A stretch of DNA of 63,335 nucleotides, counting the filler, from Phoronis australis (lineage: Eukaryota; Animalia; Phoronida), in assembly GCA_002633005.1 (NCBI GenBank). It is 6 parts of 6 records of this genome, joined end to end, with 100 filler letters (N's around TTAATTAATTAA, not from the genome) between each part and the next. Parts side by side here need not be neighbours in the genome. Positions count along the whole stretch, not along the records: positions 1 to 29,838 come from NMRA01000549.1; 5 more parts are not named here. One strand, 5' to 3'. The notes beneath the pieces were generated by a model. The model saw nothing but the letters and a program-made list of their open reading frames with translations. It did no database searches and was not told the origin of the DNA. This document shows positions 1-13,513 of the stretch, piece by piece. Each line of letters starts with the position of its first letter. The stretch's first letter is position 1. The position numbers were made by a program, and so were the translations under genes.

Positions 1-1838
1 GATGTGACTCTGATGATAGTTAAGTTCTAAGTATGTCTAAGGATTAAGTACAATCGCTATGTTTTATTTGTATACTTACATCTTGTGAAGCATACACAGG
101 TGTGAACCTATTTTTTATATTGGTGTTCAGTTTAAATACATGAGTTACCAATAATAAACTTTCTAGTTCCTAAGCCAGATTTAAGTCTTTTTTCCAAAAT
201 GGATGTGACAATACCAATGATGTATTCTCCGTAGTCCACATTTTCTTTGTTATTTCAACAGGCCAAATCTCAAAAACTAAATGAGGATACTTCACAAAAA
301 TTTAACCTGATATTCCATATGTCATGTTGATTCTAATAACCGAAATCTCAAAGCTGAAATGAAAACTTCATAAAATGCCATTTCTGAAACAAAAGTGTGC
401 ACCCTGAGTGAAAAAATGCAGATTAGCACTTTTTAATTTTCACGCCTACAATTTTTTAGTTGACAAATTAAGGGCCTTCGATCCTCAAGCAGCCTCCATA
501 AATCTAACGACACATCTAGTTAAAAAGTCCCTACCTCAAAGCCACACCCTTTCAAAATGTACCCCTTCAAACCATAACATTAAAAAAACCGGACCCTAAT
601 AAAGCTGGTATTGTTAGTTGTGCTACGGCATGCCGTCACTAAGACATATTGTTCGAATGATAAGTATCTGCTTTGACAACGCAAACAAAACACTTTTTTC
701 ATATCGAAACCGATACCAGGAAATGGTGAGTCACCAGTCTAAGGTCAGGCGCTTGTTCGTGATCTCTATTAGATACATGTATGTCTACATGAAGGATATG
801 CAGTCTTGATGAACAGAATAAGAAAACGACAACTGAGTGAAATGAACGTCAGAAAACGTGTATTTTCATTTTGCAAACCATGAACTGCACAAGTTGGACA
901 GCCGGCTCGCCGGGTTAGCATTTAATTCGGGCCTAAGTTTCAGTGGTTCTACACAAGGAATAAATGTGCTCAAATCAATCGTGCCAGAAATCAGAAGATT
1001 TGGACAATATTTAACATATGCAATATAATGAGGTGACAGTGAAGTGACCCAGCATGGCTGCGGCAAGCACTTAAGTCGCACAGCACGTATTCAAGCGTAC
1101 GCGGCTGTTGTAATTATAAACCGCAAGCGCGATCGACATGCTGACATCGACATTGCTAGCATCATAGACAATTCAATTAATGGTTGAACAGAGCACTGCT
1201 TTAATTGCTGAATCAGTTTGAGCCACTGAATAAAGGTCAGTATCTACTGCATTCAAAAAGCCAAAGGCAGGAGTCCTCGATTGTCAACTCATGTAAACGG
1301 AACACCAGGGTTGATAAAACGAGCACTTCGAAAATGAGCGGCCGAACGCGTGATTGAAATGCCAGTCGGAGCGAGCGAAATAGACCTGACGGCATTTCTT
1401 GTGTTCGAACTGGCCTTTGCTGTGGTTGCGGGGAGTACCACAGAGTATTTTTCCTTCCAAAAGTGAAACGTTTTGACGTTGTGGCGGGACAGCCAGACAA
1501 ACCCGCCAAATCGTAGGCCTATGCGTCCAATTGTTTAACCAAGTAGGTAGCTTTAAACAGTTTTTGACGCCGCTATTTAGTTTTGAATTGAGTCAATAAG
1601 TTGGCAACAAAACGTTTTACAAAATAGCAGCTACAAACCTTAGGATGAAAAAACTCCACCTAGCAGTCCGACAGGTTTGAAAGATACGTCCATACGTTGT
1701 GCTGTCGTGTGAGGATGTGGCGGGATTTATCGTCTGAAAAAAACACCCCCTGCAGCTCTTCAAGTGGCCAATCAACAAAGGCTTTCATGTCACGTGCTAT
1801 ATATTTTCTATATATAACTCACTTGTCATGTAACCTGC

Positions 1839-1997
1839 CAGTGCCTCCCGTTCAGCAACGCTAGGACCTCGCTAAAAAGCAAGACTTTGCGAGATTACGT
1901 GAGATATTGCCGTGTATTATTAATCAGAACACGTGACATTGACTAGCTTTTAGCTAGGTCCTAGCGTAGGTCCAAGCGTCTACTGAACGCACGCCTG
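1839..1997. mobile_element. MITE (family A), ~155 bp
   Basis: Inverted ends GTTCAGCAACGCTAGGACCT ... AGGTCCAAGCGTCTACTGAAC. A clear second copy lies at 44695-44849 and an interrupted third at 2242-2640. Confidence 0.7.
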
Positions 1998-2241
1998 GTT
2001 CCCGGGCATCACAAGCTGACGTCACGGATATTGCTTGCCCAACCAACCTCGAAGGTCTGTGCAGGAGACTAACTTGTCAGGTTGCTATTTATGAAGGACT
2101 ACTACGTAACATTTCGTGAAAATGACTACGTAAATGTCAGCGGGGGATATTGAAATTTCCAGCGTTTCCAAAGAATAATCAGAAGACAAATGAATCATGT
2201 GCACAGGTGGCGCTATCTTATTGCCAGACCTGGGTAGAACC

Positions 2242-2640
2242 GGTTCAGTCAACGCTAGGACCTCGATAACATCATGCACGCACCCAGCCTTTAGTTGGCG
2301 GGGGGCTCGAATTTCTGACCAAGTGGATCTTTTGCTAACAAAAAAGCCAGATGACTAAAAAAAAAACGGGGTACCATCTTCAGTTCTGTGGACTGTGCGT
2401 CTGCGCCTTTTTAGTGGACTTTCGTCTCGTTTCTCTCGGACTTTTTGTTTCTCTGGGGCGGACCTTTTTGCCCACTTCGCGAAAATGGGGGGAGGGGGCT
2501 CGTTTCTAGTCCCCCGAGTCCCCCCCGGGTGCTCGCATGAACATTCAAGACTTCGTGAGATTTACATGAGATATTGTTCTGTATTTTTGAACACGTGAAT
2601 TTGGATATATTTTAGCGAACTAAGTTAAGCGTTAAGGAAC
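2242..2640. mobile_element. MITE family A copy interrupted by a younger insertion
   Basis: Left end GTTCAGTCAACGCTAGGACCTCG, then the internal CAAGACTTCGTGAGATT...GAACACGTG segment resumes at ~2546 after the insertion. Confidence 0.6.
2273..2539. mobile_element. non-autonomous DNA transposon with 13-bp TIR and 5-bp TSD
   Basis: TIR CATGCACGCACCC / GGGTGCTCGCATG (11/13 match). Perfect AACAT duplication at 2268-2272 and 2540-2544. Confidence 0.75.
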
Positions 2641-2659
2641 TCCAGGTCTCAGGGTTTAA

Positions 2660-5600
2660 GAACAATTCCATATAAAAACCAGATGGTGGGCTATATATGC
2701 AAAATCACCAATTTTTTTGAAACTTAGCATATCAGCTGGCCTTGTCAAAAGAAACCTGAGCCTGAATTTTTAAGAGTTTCCGAGTTTTTTTTAACCCTTT
2801 TTACGACCACTTTGTACTTTTTCCGAAAAATAGCAAATAATAGTACTTGGAAGTAGGTGACATTTTGTCAGCAACAACACATCATCGCTTCACGCTATAG
2901 AAAAAATAACTATATAGCAGAAAGAAGAAAGAATAACGTACAAGAAAAACTAGTTCGGATGTATTTTTTGATTTTTTATGTCCTCCCATTTTAGCCTACA
3001 AAAATGTCATTTTCACTGCTTATTATTAAGGCCATTTTTACGCATTTTTATCACTCTCCCAAATCTATATCGGATTTTTTTGGAACATGAGTTAACTTCC
3101 ATCTGTTACTGCTGTCTTTGTTCAGCCCAACGCAAGAATAAAAAATCTTGTCTCTTTCATAGTTTTTGTGCTGTCAGTTTTTTACATAACTCACTTACAC
3201 ACTTTTCTGCCAATCTGTGACTGTCAGTTTGATTAAAAGACTCTAGGAGGCGCTACTCGATTGTGCAATTATCTATCGACCAAAATGCCAAATAGAACAA
3301 ATATCATTCGTTTTGCTACATTAGTGACGAAGGAGATCATGGGAAGCTGTATGAGAGATTTTTTCTTCGCGGATTTTCAGTTTTGCTGGTGCAAAAATAA
3401 AAATTTGTTATAGGATTACAGAAATCAAAAAAGTCAATTTTAATGTACTTATGAGTTAATAATACAACCCCATCACCATCTCATACTTCAGAGAAGCAGG
3501 TTTTATTCTTATTAAGGGTGCCCATTACCCATTGCTTGGCCAGTTTTCAAACACCGTAACTGACTAAGAATCCCACGCACTGCCTGCAGTGCATGCTGGT
3601 CCATTTTCAGACCTCCTGGTCAAATCCCTGTATGTGCGCATGAAAAAGTCCTCTAAAACTATTAGCAAAGTTCATACTAAAACTAACCAAGATCTTCGAG
3701 ATCACACTTGAAAAGAGGACGGTGGATACGAGCAGAAGTGTCGTGTTATTGGACATACAAAGTGTCACGCAATGCTTCTTGTACTACACAAAAGCGACCG
3801 AGCATGGTGGCATTGCGCCAGTGAAATTTGCAATTTCAGAAAAATAACAGGTACGGATATTTACGATTGAAAACATAATAGTTTCAGTGATATCCAAGAA
3901 ACCGGCTTTCCAAACCAGTATTTAAGCAATTGGGTGTTGTTGCGACTTACCAGCTAAAAGTTTCACAATATGTAAATTCCGTTCATGCGGCGGACTCAAA
4001 AGCACAGTTTCTTGTAGGTATGCTAGGTTTAGTCTATGATCATTTCTACACAACACTTCAAAAAACTGTATTTTGTTTGAAGAAAACAAGAGCTACTGAA
4101 ACACAAAGTCTTTTTATTTTGCTCAGTACACATGTCTAAGATAGACGTTTCTCAAAACTAGATAATCACTCCTTTAAAAATCTCAGAAGTTTCAAGAGAA
4201 TCAATCATGTAAAAAGTATGCTTTACGAGTCTCAAACAGAACATAAAACAAAAAACGCTAGTAAAAAGTGACAGAAGATTTCAATGCTGACCATCAGTGG
4301 CTTGGATTATTTTCCCCAAACGGCCACCACTCAAATCTCTCCCCCATGGAAGCCCCTAACTCGCGTCATATTCCATTTTTTCCAATTTCGCCCAGGGTGG
4401 GCCCCAGTTCCCTAGTTATGATAATGATGACCACAACAATATCGTAAGAATAGACAACAACGAAAACATGTTCATAATTTCCTCGGTTTATGATGATAAC
4501 TCATTCATGACTTCAAGCTCCAACTCATTCATTGAGGCAAACTCGTGGGCAGCAGCAGCATCAGCATCTTCAATATTCTGAATATTTCCGATTCGAAACG
4601 CGACAACCATACGGGAAAAAATCCAGCAATCTGCTACTTCGACAGCCACTCTTCAGAGGAGAAAACTTTTCTTTGCTTATTCCTGGCTTCTCGCATCATC
4701 TGTTCACAGCCTCAGCTGGCTGTTGTTTTCTGCCTGACTGTTCACCTTCAGAAAATATATCACTGGGTAAAATCTTTACCTTCTCAGAGAAGCGGACCGC
4801 TTTTCTAGTACTTTTCAGGGCCCTATCCTGCGGCGACTTGATCAANCACCTTCAGAAAATATATCACTGGGTTAAATCTTTACCTTCTCAGAGAAGCGGA
4901 CCGCTTTTCTAGTACTTTTCAGGACCCTATCCTGCGGCGACTTGATCAATAACGTAAACGGGGGACAACTCAGGTGATGATACAGCTGTGGATGAAATCT
5001 CGGATTGTCTTGAAATGTGGTCGAACTGAGTCTCGTTCTGGAGGGATGATGAATGAGCACCAACATCCAAGTGCACACTTAGCTCAGCATCTGTAGGAAA
5101 AGATTTCGAGCACCCATAGTGTGTGCATGTGAACTTTGAATGACGTTCATGGGATACCAGCCCCGACTCAACCCTTGGAGTTGTAAAACACTCGAGTGTT
5201 GCAAGGTCAAGACTTTTCAGAGGCAACAGTTTACATGACTTGTTGATGACAAGTTTTCCCTCCCCTACTCTATGGGCCTTCAATGCTCGAATGCCATCTG
5301 CGGAATACTCAAAGTTTGTCAGCACACTTATCCCTGGGATACTGTGCTTGGGGAGGACCTTTGGGGCATTCACACTACAGGACGACACCTAACAGCCTTT
5401 GACATCTCCTCTAGACTCTAGCGCATGTTTCAGGTCGAATGCATTTTGAACGTTGTTGCCTTCATTGACGAAGTACTTGGCATGGGCCTTCAAGGGTGCG
5501 ATTTTCCTGTCACAGATGTCTTTTCCCTTCTGACTTTCACTGAAGTCGTAACGCAGAATGGAGATGCCGGTGTTACCAGATATATAGAACAAATGAATGA

Positions 5601-7751
5601 GAAGGGCGGCTGAATGGTAACAATTGGCATTGTCGGAGTGTAGGAAAGCTTCCGTTATTTGTGGATCCCTAGCTTTCACCTGCCTTAGCACATCTAGCGT
5701 TAAACAGCAAACAGTGAAAAAGTCTTGCTTGCAGGCATCTAGAGTATGGATGTAAGTATGTACCTGAAATACAATAATTATGTAAGTCAAATAGGTCAGC
5801 TAGTTTAAAGAACTACCTTATTATATCTTATTACTACCTAAACCGCAATCACGCCACTCAACTTCAAACATGGTTCGTCTCAACACGGTTATTATATCAG
5901 TAGCTCCTTCAAAACATTTCTAGGGAGGGGGGAAATTTCCCCTTCACAAAGATATGAAAATCATCCACAAGTACAAAATGGCTTCAGTTAAAATGAAGGT
6001 CCGGGTGCAAAATCTACTAAGAGAAAAATAATGCATCACTGTCAAGCTTTTGTTGGGAAATGGCAAGAAAAAGACTAGATATTAAGTGCACACTCCCTGT
6101 ATCTTGTGACTGTTACAGTAAATCAATATACTAAAAAGGGGTAAAGGCAACAACAGTGTTCATCACTGGCTTTCTGTTTAATATTGAGCACATCTGTGAA
6201 TTACTTTGTAACACCTTGAATACTAGTTGAGGATTTATTTTTACCTGATGGCTTTCACCTTTCTTTGTGATACAAGCCGCCACGTGCCATGACATCCTTT
6301 TTNTCAAGCTTTTGTTGGCAAATAGCGAGAAAAAGACAAGATATTAAGTGCACACTCCCCGTATCTTGTACTGTTACAGAAAATCAATATACTAAAAAGA
6401 GGTAAAGGCAACAACATTGTTCATCACTGGCTTTCTGTTTAATAGTGACCACATCTGAGAATTACTTTGTAACACCTTGAATACTAATTGAGGATTTATT
6501 TTTACCTGGTGGCTTTCACCTGTCTTTGTGATACAAGCCGCCACGTGCCATGACATCCTTTTTTCCAAACCAGTCGGACTCTGCTTCACGGAAACTGATG
6601 GGTATGAACTTCATTGCAAAATCTATTACAACCAAAACATTGTGTGGGGTGAGAGATGACATCAGATCCTGTTTTGCTTGTTCCTGGTTTATCCCTCTGA
6701 CAATATGCTTTGTGTTCTGGAAAACAGCACGTCAATTTTTTTCTAAAACCAAGTCCAATTTCATGTCGATGTGTAAAATATATCACGGCGTATTTCCATT
6801 GGTTTGCCAGTCCAACCTCCTATCTCCAGCTCTGGCAAAAATCAGCTGTAATTCCGATATACTTTCAAACTTCTGTGGCACTTTGCACGACTTCAGATGA
6901 CTTCTGACGTCTTTAACACAGCTAATGAAGGCTACATTTCCTCCGCGATTACACTTATGTAACGAAAATTAACCAAATGTACAAGAAGGAAATTCCTCCA
7001 TATTCTTTGCAGTGACAGGAAGTGCATGTAATCTCGAACCCTAAAGTGCTATTGATAAAGTTAAATGAAGAATGGAGTGTTTTAGAAAATTGGGGTCTCA
7101 AAAGTGACATTTAAATTTTTGTGATATTGCATTGTTGATATTAGATCATATATTTTAGGTGATATCTCTAAACTAAAAGAGTAGCCTCAATTCTCAGAGT
7201 AAGGCCACATCACAAAAATGCCCAAATTCGAGGACCACGTTTAGCACTAAATATATAAGAGACACGTTTTTTTAAAGACAATTATCAAAGTTCAATCTTA
7301 GAAGTGTCTACACAGAGAATTTCAACTTCAAATATATTCCGATATAGCAGGCAGGTTAAGCAACATCTTGCAACTACTGACTGGCCAGAAAAGTGGTTTC
7401 GGAGTTTTCTCCCCTGCTGGAAATTTAATTGTACCTATGAGTTGCAAATTTCATTTTCTTACTAACCTTACATGAGTCTTTATGACCATCAATGTCAAAC
7501 TTTGTCACCAGTTTTCCAAGTCTGATTTTTTGCTCTTCAAAAAATGCAGTTTTACTGACATGAAAAAATGCAAAATATGCCTTTATAGCCAAATAGGTCA
7601 TATCTCGGTAACCAAAGGTCATTGAGTGCAAATATTGCAGCTGTGTACTTTGGGCCAGCATTCCAACACATGCACAAAGTATTAGCTCTGTATGAATTTT
7701 TGAGTATATAGTGATTTTTCATTTTCATATGGTTTTTATATGGAATCATTC
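2660..7751 (-). mobile_element. decayed DDD DNA transposon, Sola3-like, TTAA target site
   Basis: 26-bp TIRs GAACAATTCCATATAAAAACCAGATG / CATATGGTTTTTATATGGAATCATTC (23/26), each abutting TTAA (2656-2659, 7752-7755), enclosing a transposase pseudogene. The superfamily label is inferred from motif recall plus the TTAA site. Confidence 0.75.
4590..6900 (-). pseudogene. intron-containing transposase pseudogene (DDD core + C2H2 finger)
   Basis: Motifs VVIDFAMKFIP..RE.ESDWFGKK/MSWH, FLHSDNANCYH, YDFSESQKGKDICDR, the C2H2 finger CTHYGCSKSF...HLDVGAH and C-terminal RFSEK...EEWL..QIAGFFSR. Phase-0 GT-AG intron 6505->5764. Stop at 5389-5391, frameshift near 6560 and further stops. Confidence 0.8.
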
Positions 7752-10700
7752 TTAATAATAGCACAAGATGTTGTAGGGCATTTTTGGTGTCATGGGACCG
7801 TTGACATTTGCAGAATCAAAAACAAGGAAATAGATCACGAACTGTTACGCAAAAAATAAACGATAATGTAACTCGTTATTCGCCACTCTATAAATTCAAC
7901 AATAACGTTCTTAAGGCAACCCTATGGTCATTCAAGATAGAGGTATGTTTTTCAGAAGTTGTATTAAGTGCAGTTATAAGAGTATTTAATCAAGAAAGGA
8001 AAATATTTGAGACTAATATCATATAATGTAATGCCTATATAGGTTGCGTGAAACACAATTAAAGCAGCATTTAGCAGTTTTGCAAGCATTTTTGACGCAA
8101 AACGAACTGCGCATAGTTGAACAAAACATTTTTAGTAACATTACCACATTTATATCAAATAGCAGAATTTTGCTTTTTTTGCAAAATAGGAAAATTGCAT
8201 CATTTGTGGCTATTAACATTCGCTGATAACTTTACATAGGTTCCTTGCAAGGCATTTAAAGTGGCACGTTTCAGTTCAGCTCGTTACGATTAAGATGGTG
8301 TAAGGATACTTGGCATTACTGAGGCAGTTGACATTCTCAGGATCAGAAAAGAGAAAATTGATCGCGAACAGTTACGCGAAGAATAAGCGAAAATATATCA
8401 GCCAATGAGTTCAACAATAATGGTCTAAGAACAGCCTCATGGTCAGCCAAGATAGAAATTAATTTTTAAGAATTGTATCGATTAAACATAGCAGTACGAG
8501 AATTTGATCCACTAAAGCAAATATTTGAGACATATTGCATATAATGCAATGCCAAAATAGGTTGCATGCAAGATATTTAAAATGATAGGTTCTGATAAAG
8601 CTAGAAGTGTGTTTTAACGCATCATCACTACGTATGCACGGCTTTCAAGTCGGCTCAATTTCTCTGAAAATGCTTTATACATAAAAGACTGAGGATGATA
8701 AGCATAGAAAAATGTACTGATTTCATACCTGAGGCAGTATGGATGTTGGAACCAAAACAGTCATTTCCATCACTGAGTTCAGTGTAACGAAAGAGTTATA
8801 GACCTCCACCTCAAGTGCACGAGAGGGCACTTGGTCGAGTTTTCTTTTGTAATGCGGCTCTTCTTTAAGATAAGAAACAAATTTAAACAGTTCCTGGAGA
8901 CGAGCATATTTGTTATTGATAAAGATAATATCAGAGAGATAATCACGGTTTCGTCACTAAGTCCAGTGTTACGTTGGAGCTATAGACATCCACCTCAAGT
9001 GCGTGAAAGGGCACTTGGTCGAGTTTCTTTTGTAATGGAGCTCTTTTTTCAGATAAGAAACATTTTAAACAGTTCCTGAAGACGAGCAAATTTGTTATTG
9101 ATAATGATAACAAGATAAGAGAGATAAGCACGGTATCGTCATTGAGTTCAATGTTACGTTGGAGCCATAGGCGTCTACCTCAAGTACGTGAAAGCACACA
9201 TGGTCAGCTACCTTAATGTCAGTAGAAATGACATTCGCAGGATGCAGGATGCAAAGTTGGGAAATTGCATCACCTGTAGGTGTTGACATTCACTGATAGC
9301 CTTACATAAGTTGCTTGCAAAGCATTAAAAGTGACACGTTCCTATTTAGGCACGTTGAGTTTTCTAACGCGCAACAATCTGCGCACATTTTATGTAATAC
9401 TACTTTGTGGAATATCAAATATAAGAATTTTGTTTTCAACCTGTTATTTCAATAATTACTTTAATCGTAATAGTAGCTTAAGATGCTGTAAGCTTATTTT
9501 GGCATTACTGTTGCAATTGACATTCGCAGGATCAGCAACAAGGACATTGATCGCGAACTTTTACGCAAGAAGTAAATGAGAATGTACATTTTTACTTGAT
9601 AAATTCAACAATAATGTTCTAAAGATTGCCTCATGGTCATTCAAGATAGAAAGTGTTTTTCTCATAAAAACTCAATTAAATTTTACTTCTTCGTCAGCCA
9701 AAATAAAAAGAAATGTTTTAACAAATTGTATCAATTACGTTTAAGTATCGTAATATTAGTGATTAATCCAGTACGTGAAATATTTGAGACCAATTTCACA
9801 TAATGCTATGCATATAGAAGATGCATGCAAGCATTTTAAGTGACACGTTCCAGTTAAGCTTATTGTAAATGACAAATTTCGTTTATTTAGTTACGTTTCT
9901 GACACACAGCAAATCGCACATACTTTAACAATGCCTTTTAAGTAACATTGTGACGTTTAAATATCAAAAAGCCGAATTTTGATTTTTACTTTCTTTTACC
10001 ATTGTCATTTCTGTAATTAATTGTATTTTTATAGTAGCTTTAAATGGTGTAGGGATATTCTGGCGACATCTTTTGCTCTTGACATTCGCTGTCAATTTTT
10101 TGCCTACCAGATGAAAAAAGAAAACATGTTATTAGATATTGATAATCATAACACAATAACTGAGATAAGCAAAGTAGCTCTGGCACCAAAACAGTCGTTT
10201 CCGTCACTGAGTTCAGTGATTCGTTAGACTTATAGTCGTCTACCTCAAGTGCATGAGAGTGCACTTGGTCGAGTTTTCTTGGAATCCGGCTTCTCTTTAG
10301 ATAAGAAACATTTTAAACTGTTCCTGCGAAAGGGCATATTTACTCCTTGATGGAGTTTTCAATTCCTCTGCCGTTATGTATGGCGGAGTTAAGAAATCTG
10401 TTTTTCATTTATTTTAAACGCTGTTACGTTTTAAACATATGAAAAATAAAGCAGTTTAATGCAAACATCAATTCTTATAAAAAGTATTCTAAAATTAATG
10501 ATTTAATACTTATTCAAATTTGTTTGTTTGATATGAAAGAAAATGGTAACTGAGACACAATTGTAAGTGAAACTTGTCTTTACTAGCGTAAAATACTCAT
10601 TCACAGAATCAGAAACCGGAAATTGATCGCGAACTTTTACGCAAAAAATAAAGGAGAATGTACATTTTCATTTGATAAATTCAACAATAAAGTTCTAAAG

Positions 10701-11116
10701 ACAGCTTCATGGTCATTCAAAATGGAAAGAATTTTTTATTAACAACTGTATCAATTAAGTGTTAGTTCTTGGTCAGACAAGATAAAAAGAAATAGTTTTA
10801 TGAAATAGCATCAATTAAGTTTAAGTATCGTAATATTAGTATTTGATCCAGTAAGTGAAATGTTTGAGACCAATTTTATAAATTCAAGGCATATTGAAGA
10901 TTCATGAAAGACATTTAAAGTGACACTTTTCAGTTGAATTGTTGTAAGCGACAAATTCCGGTTAAGTTAATTAAGTTTCTGATGCACAACGAACTGCGCA
11001 TAGTTTAACAATGTTTTTTAGGAACATTATGACATTTAACATCAAATAGCAGAATTTTGTTTTTTTTTCGGATAAAGTTAGTAGCGTGTTTTAACGCATC
11101 ATCAACTGCGTATGCA

Positions 11117-12241
11117 CCACAGGCGCTTGGGCTTATCGCAAATGACGTCACTCTATAATATATATAAGAAAATATAAAGGTTGGACACTCGAAATCTATT
11201 TAGCCGAGGCTCCCAACTTCAACCGTCCAAAATCCAAATAAAATCTGCGTGCACCTCCCTCAATCTGGTGTTGCATAAACCTTCGAAGCCTTATCTTTTA
11301 TTCCTAAATCCCATTAACTGTCTTTGTGAGTGGTGAATTGGCGATGGAATTTCCAAAACAATCTCAAAACTCTGAATTCAAGGACCTGAAATAGTAAACA
11401 TGGCGGATTTCTGTTGTGCTTCAACTTGTACGCCTGACGTAGGTGAAACTTCAAGTTTGAGCAAGCAACCTATATTTCAAATTCAATAACTCTAATCCAA
11501 AACTCAACTAATTGAGAATGTTAAAGTTAGTATTTTAATGATTATTTGTATCTTTATTCCACTGACGGTTCATTTTAGCCCTTAACTTAGAATTTTATTG
11601 CATAAACTGGCGTATCTTGTTTCTCATCTTGACACCACGCACTTTTTTGATTGAAACACAACACACACTCGGCCAGAAAACGCAGCCCGTGCAAGTATTA
11701 CGATGCGCGTGGCCGACGAGTTCACTCAATGGTTTTGGCCAAAAATAAAACCTTCATAAGAAATCACAGTACACAAAAAACTTCGCATATCAATACTGTA
11801 TCAGGATAATTTATATTTGACACAAATATGTGAGTAATTACATTTATTTGACAATAAAGTGCTCTCTGCTTCTCGTGATCAAGTAGTCGATGGATTGACG
11901 GCGAAAGCAGCGCGAAATTAGACTTTCGGATTTAGCTCGGGAGCGTCGGTCAAAACCCGGATGTGCGGAGACCGTCTACCATGACATCACGGAATCAGGT
12001 CCTTGAATTTGTGATTTTGGCATTCTTTTGGCATGTTTGTTGCCAAATCACCACTCGAAGGCAATTTGAAGAGATCAAATGAAAGAAGGTATTCTAAGAG
12101 TTGTCCGATGCTAGTTTCGTGGAGTTCCATGCACATTTGAGTAGAAAATTCTGAGCAAACAAATTTCGAGTGTCCAACCTTTAGGTTTTCTTATATATAT
12201 TATTGAGTGACGTCATTTGCGATAAACCCAAGCGCCTGTGG
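11117..12241. mobile_element. non-autonomous foldback-type DNA transposon with long TIRs
   Basis: ~80-bp near-perfect TIR (CCACAGGCGCTTGGG.TTATCGCAAATGACGTCACTC...GGTTGGACACTCGAAAT), with degenerate inverted similarity also at 11328-11410 vs 11975-12057. An empty-site homologue of the flank lies at ~8620-8650. Confidence 0.85.
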
Positions 12242-13289
12242 TACAAGCTGCCAAGTTCATAGTCATAGAGCAGTTTTAAAATTGGTTGTAATAAAAGTTT
12301 GAAAACCTTAATTCAGATGTTTTTTTGTGTTTGGGATGTTTATAGTCAACACTCTGTGACTCAATGACATTTTCAGCGTATGGTTCTGTGGCTTGCTGTT
12401 TTATCTCGACTGCCCGGCATTGCTCACTTGCCGTTGCGCAAAACATGCTCGGCAAAGAATTAGGCCCAAGACAAAAATCGGGGTTAAGCGGCTGTGTGCC
12501 ACTCGTCAATCAAGAATAAAATTTCGAGCCACGGCATAAATATGTGATAAAACGCTACAAAACAGCGTTGTTTCAATTCATAAACAATCACCTTACCAAA
12601 TTTCGTGGTGGAAAAACATTTATTTTTCATGCAAGATGTCCAAATTATCCTATTTATATCACTTGCAGCATCGCACTGCGGCACTATTCGGTCCCGTTGT
12701 TAGCGCGCAATGACTCAGTCGGCTGACAATCGTGACTTGGAAATCCGTCAAGTAATATAACGGCCTCTTTCAATATGCATCTCGTTTTTTATGGCCAAAG
12801 ATAGTGGCGGGATTCAGCACGCGCGTAGGGCCTATGTGCGACTCACCTGTCAATCACATGTTGGTGTCAAGGCAACATGCACTCCAAAGTGTGGTAACTT
12901 GCGCGCGTGCACCACTACAAAGTCACACATCAAAAGAAAACAGCGACAGTCCTAAGTAACAGAAACGGACGTGACTATATACTTTAAACCATTGCCTCAT
13001 TTCTCTGGTCTGATTTTTTCGAATATATGTTTTATCAAGTGCAATGCAGACGAAAATTTAGCGCGGCAGACAAAGTCGCTGAAAGCGGAGGTTTTGTCAG
13101 CGGCGGCATTTTTAAACTTTGCAAACATGGGAAGAAAATAAAGTGACAAAAACGTTCAAGTATTATATTTCGAAGTGAGTCCATGACCCAACACAATAAC
13201 TCGTTACTTTTATAATTGCAATTCACATTGCTAAACCACTGTCTCGGAGGCCCGGCCTTGTTGCGCTCATTGTAATCATTGATTTTTTT

Positions 13290-13513
13290 CTAAAAGTCGG
13301 GAAATGGCGCGTTTCCTTAGCACTGGACGCTAAATCTTCATTCTTTAAAAGTCAGGGATGGGCGCCTAACAGAGTGGTGGGCGCTTAATTGGAAATCATC
13401 AAAAATCGCAGCTAGGCGCTTAACCGAGCAGTCGGCGGTTAAATCGAAAATCTACCTAAAGTAGGGAGTGGGCGGTTAACTCAGTATGTGCGTTAACCCG
13501 AACGTTTACGGTA
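13290..13513 (-). mobile_element. terminus of a TA-flanked (Tc1/mariner-pogo-like) non-autonomous element
   Basis: Ends ...GTTTACGG|TA (TA-CCGTAAAC on -) with reiterated GG(C)GCTTAA subterminal motifs. Array sequence resumes immediately after. The other end was not located. Confidence 0.45.

Noticed and set aside
1-599. Possible hAT-like right terminus (...AAAAAACCGGACCCTA)
   Set aside because: The partner TIR and TSD would lie outside the window, so it cannot be supported.
4741-4950. ~100-bp direct duplication in the transposase 3' region
   Set aside because: The copies abut a single N (4846), typical of unmerged contig overlap.
6043-6562. ~260-bp tandem duplication including a second SWHVAAC exon end
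   Set aside because: The junction is a single N (6303), most likely an unmerged allelic overlap rather than alternative exons.
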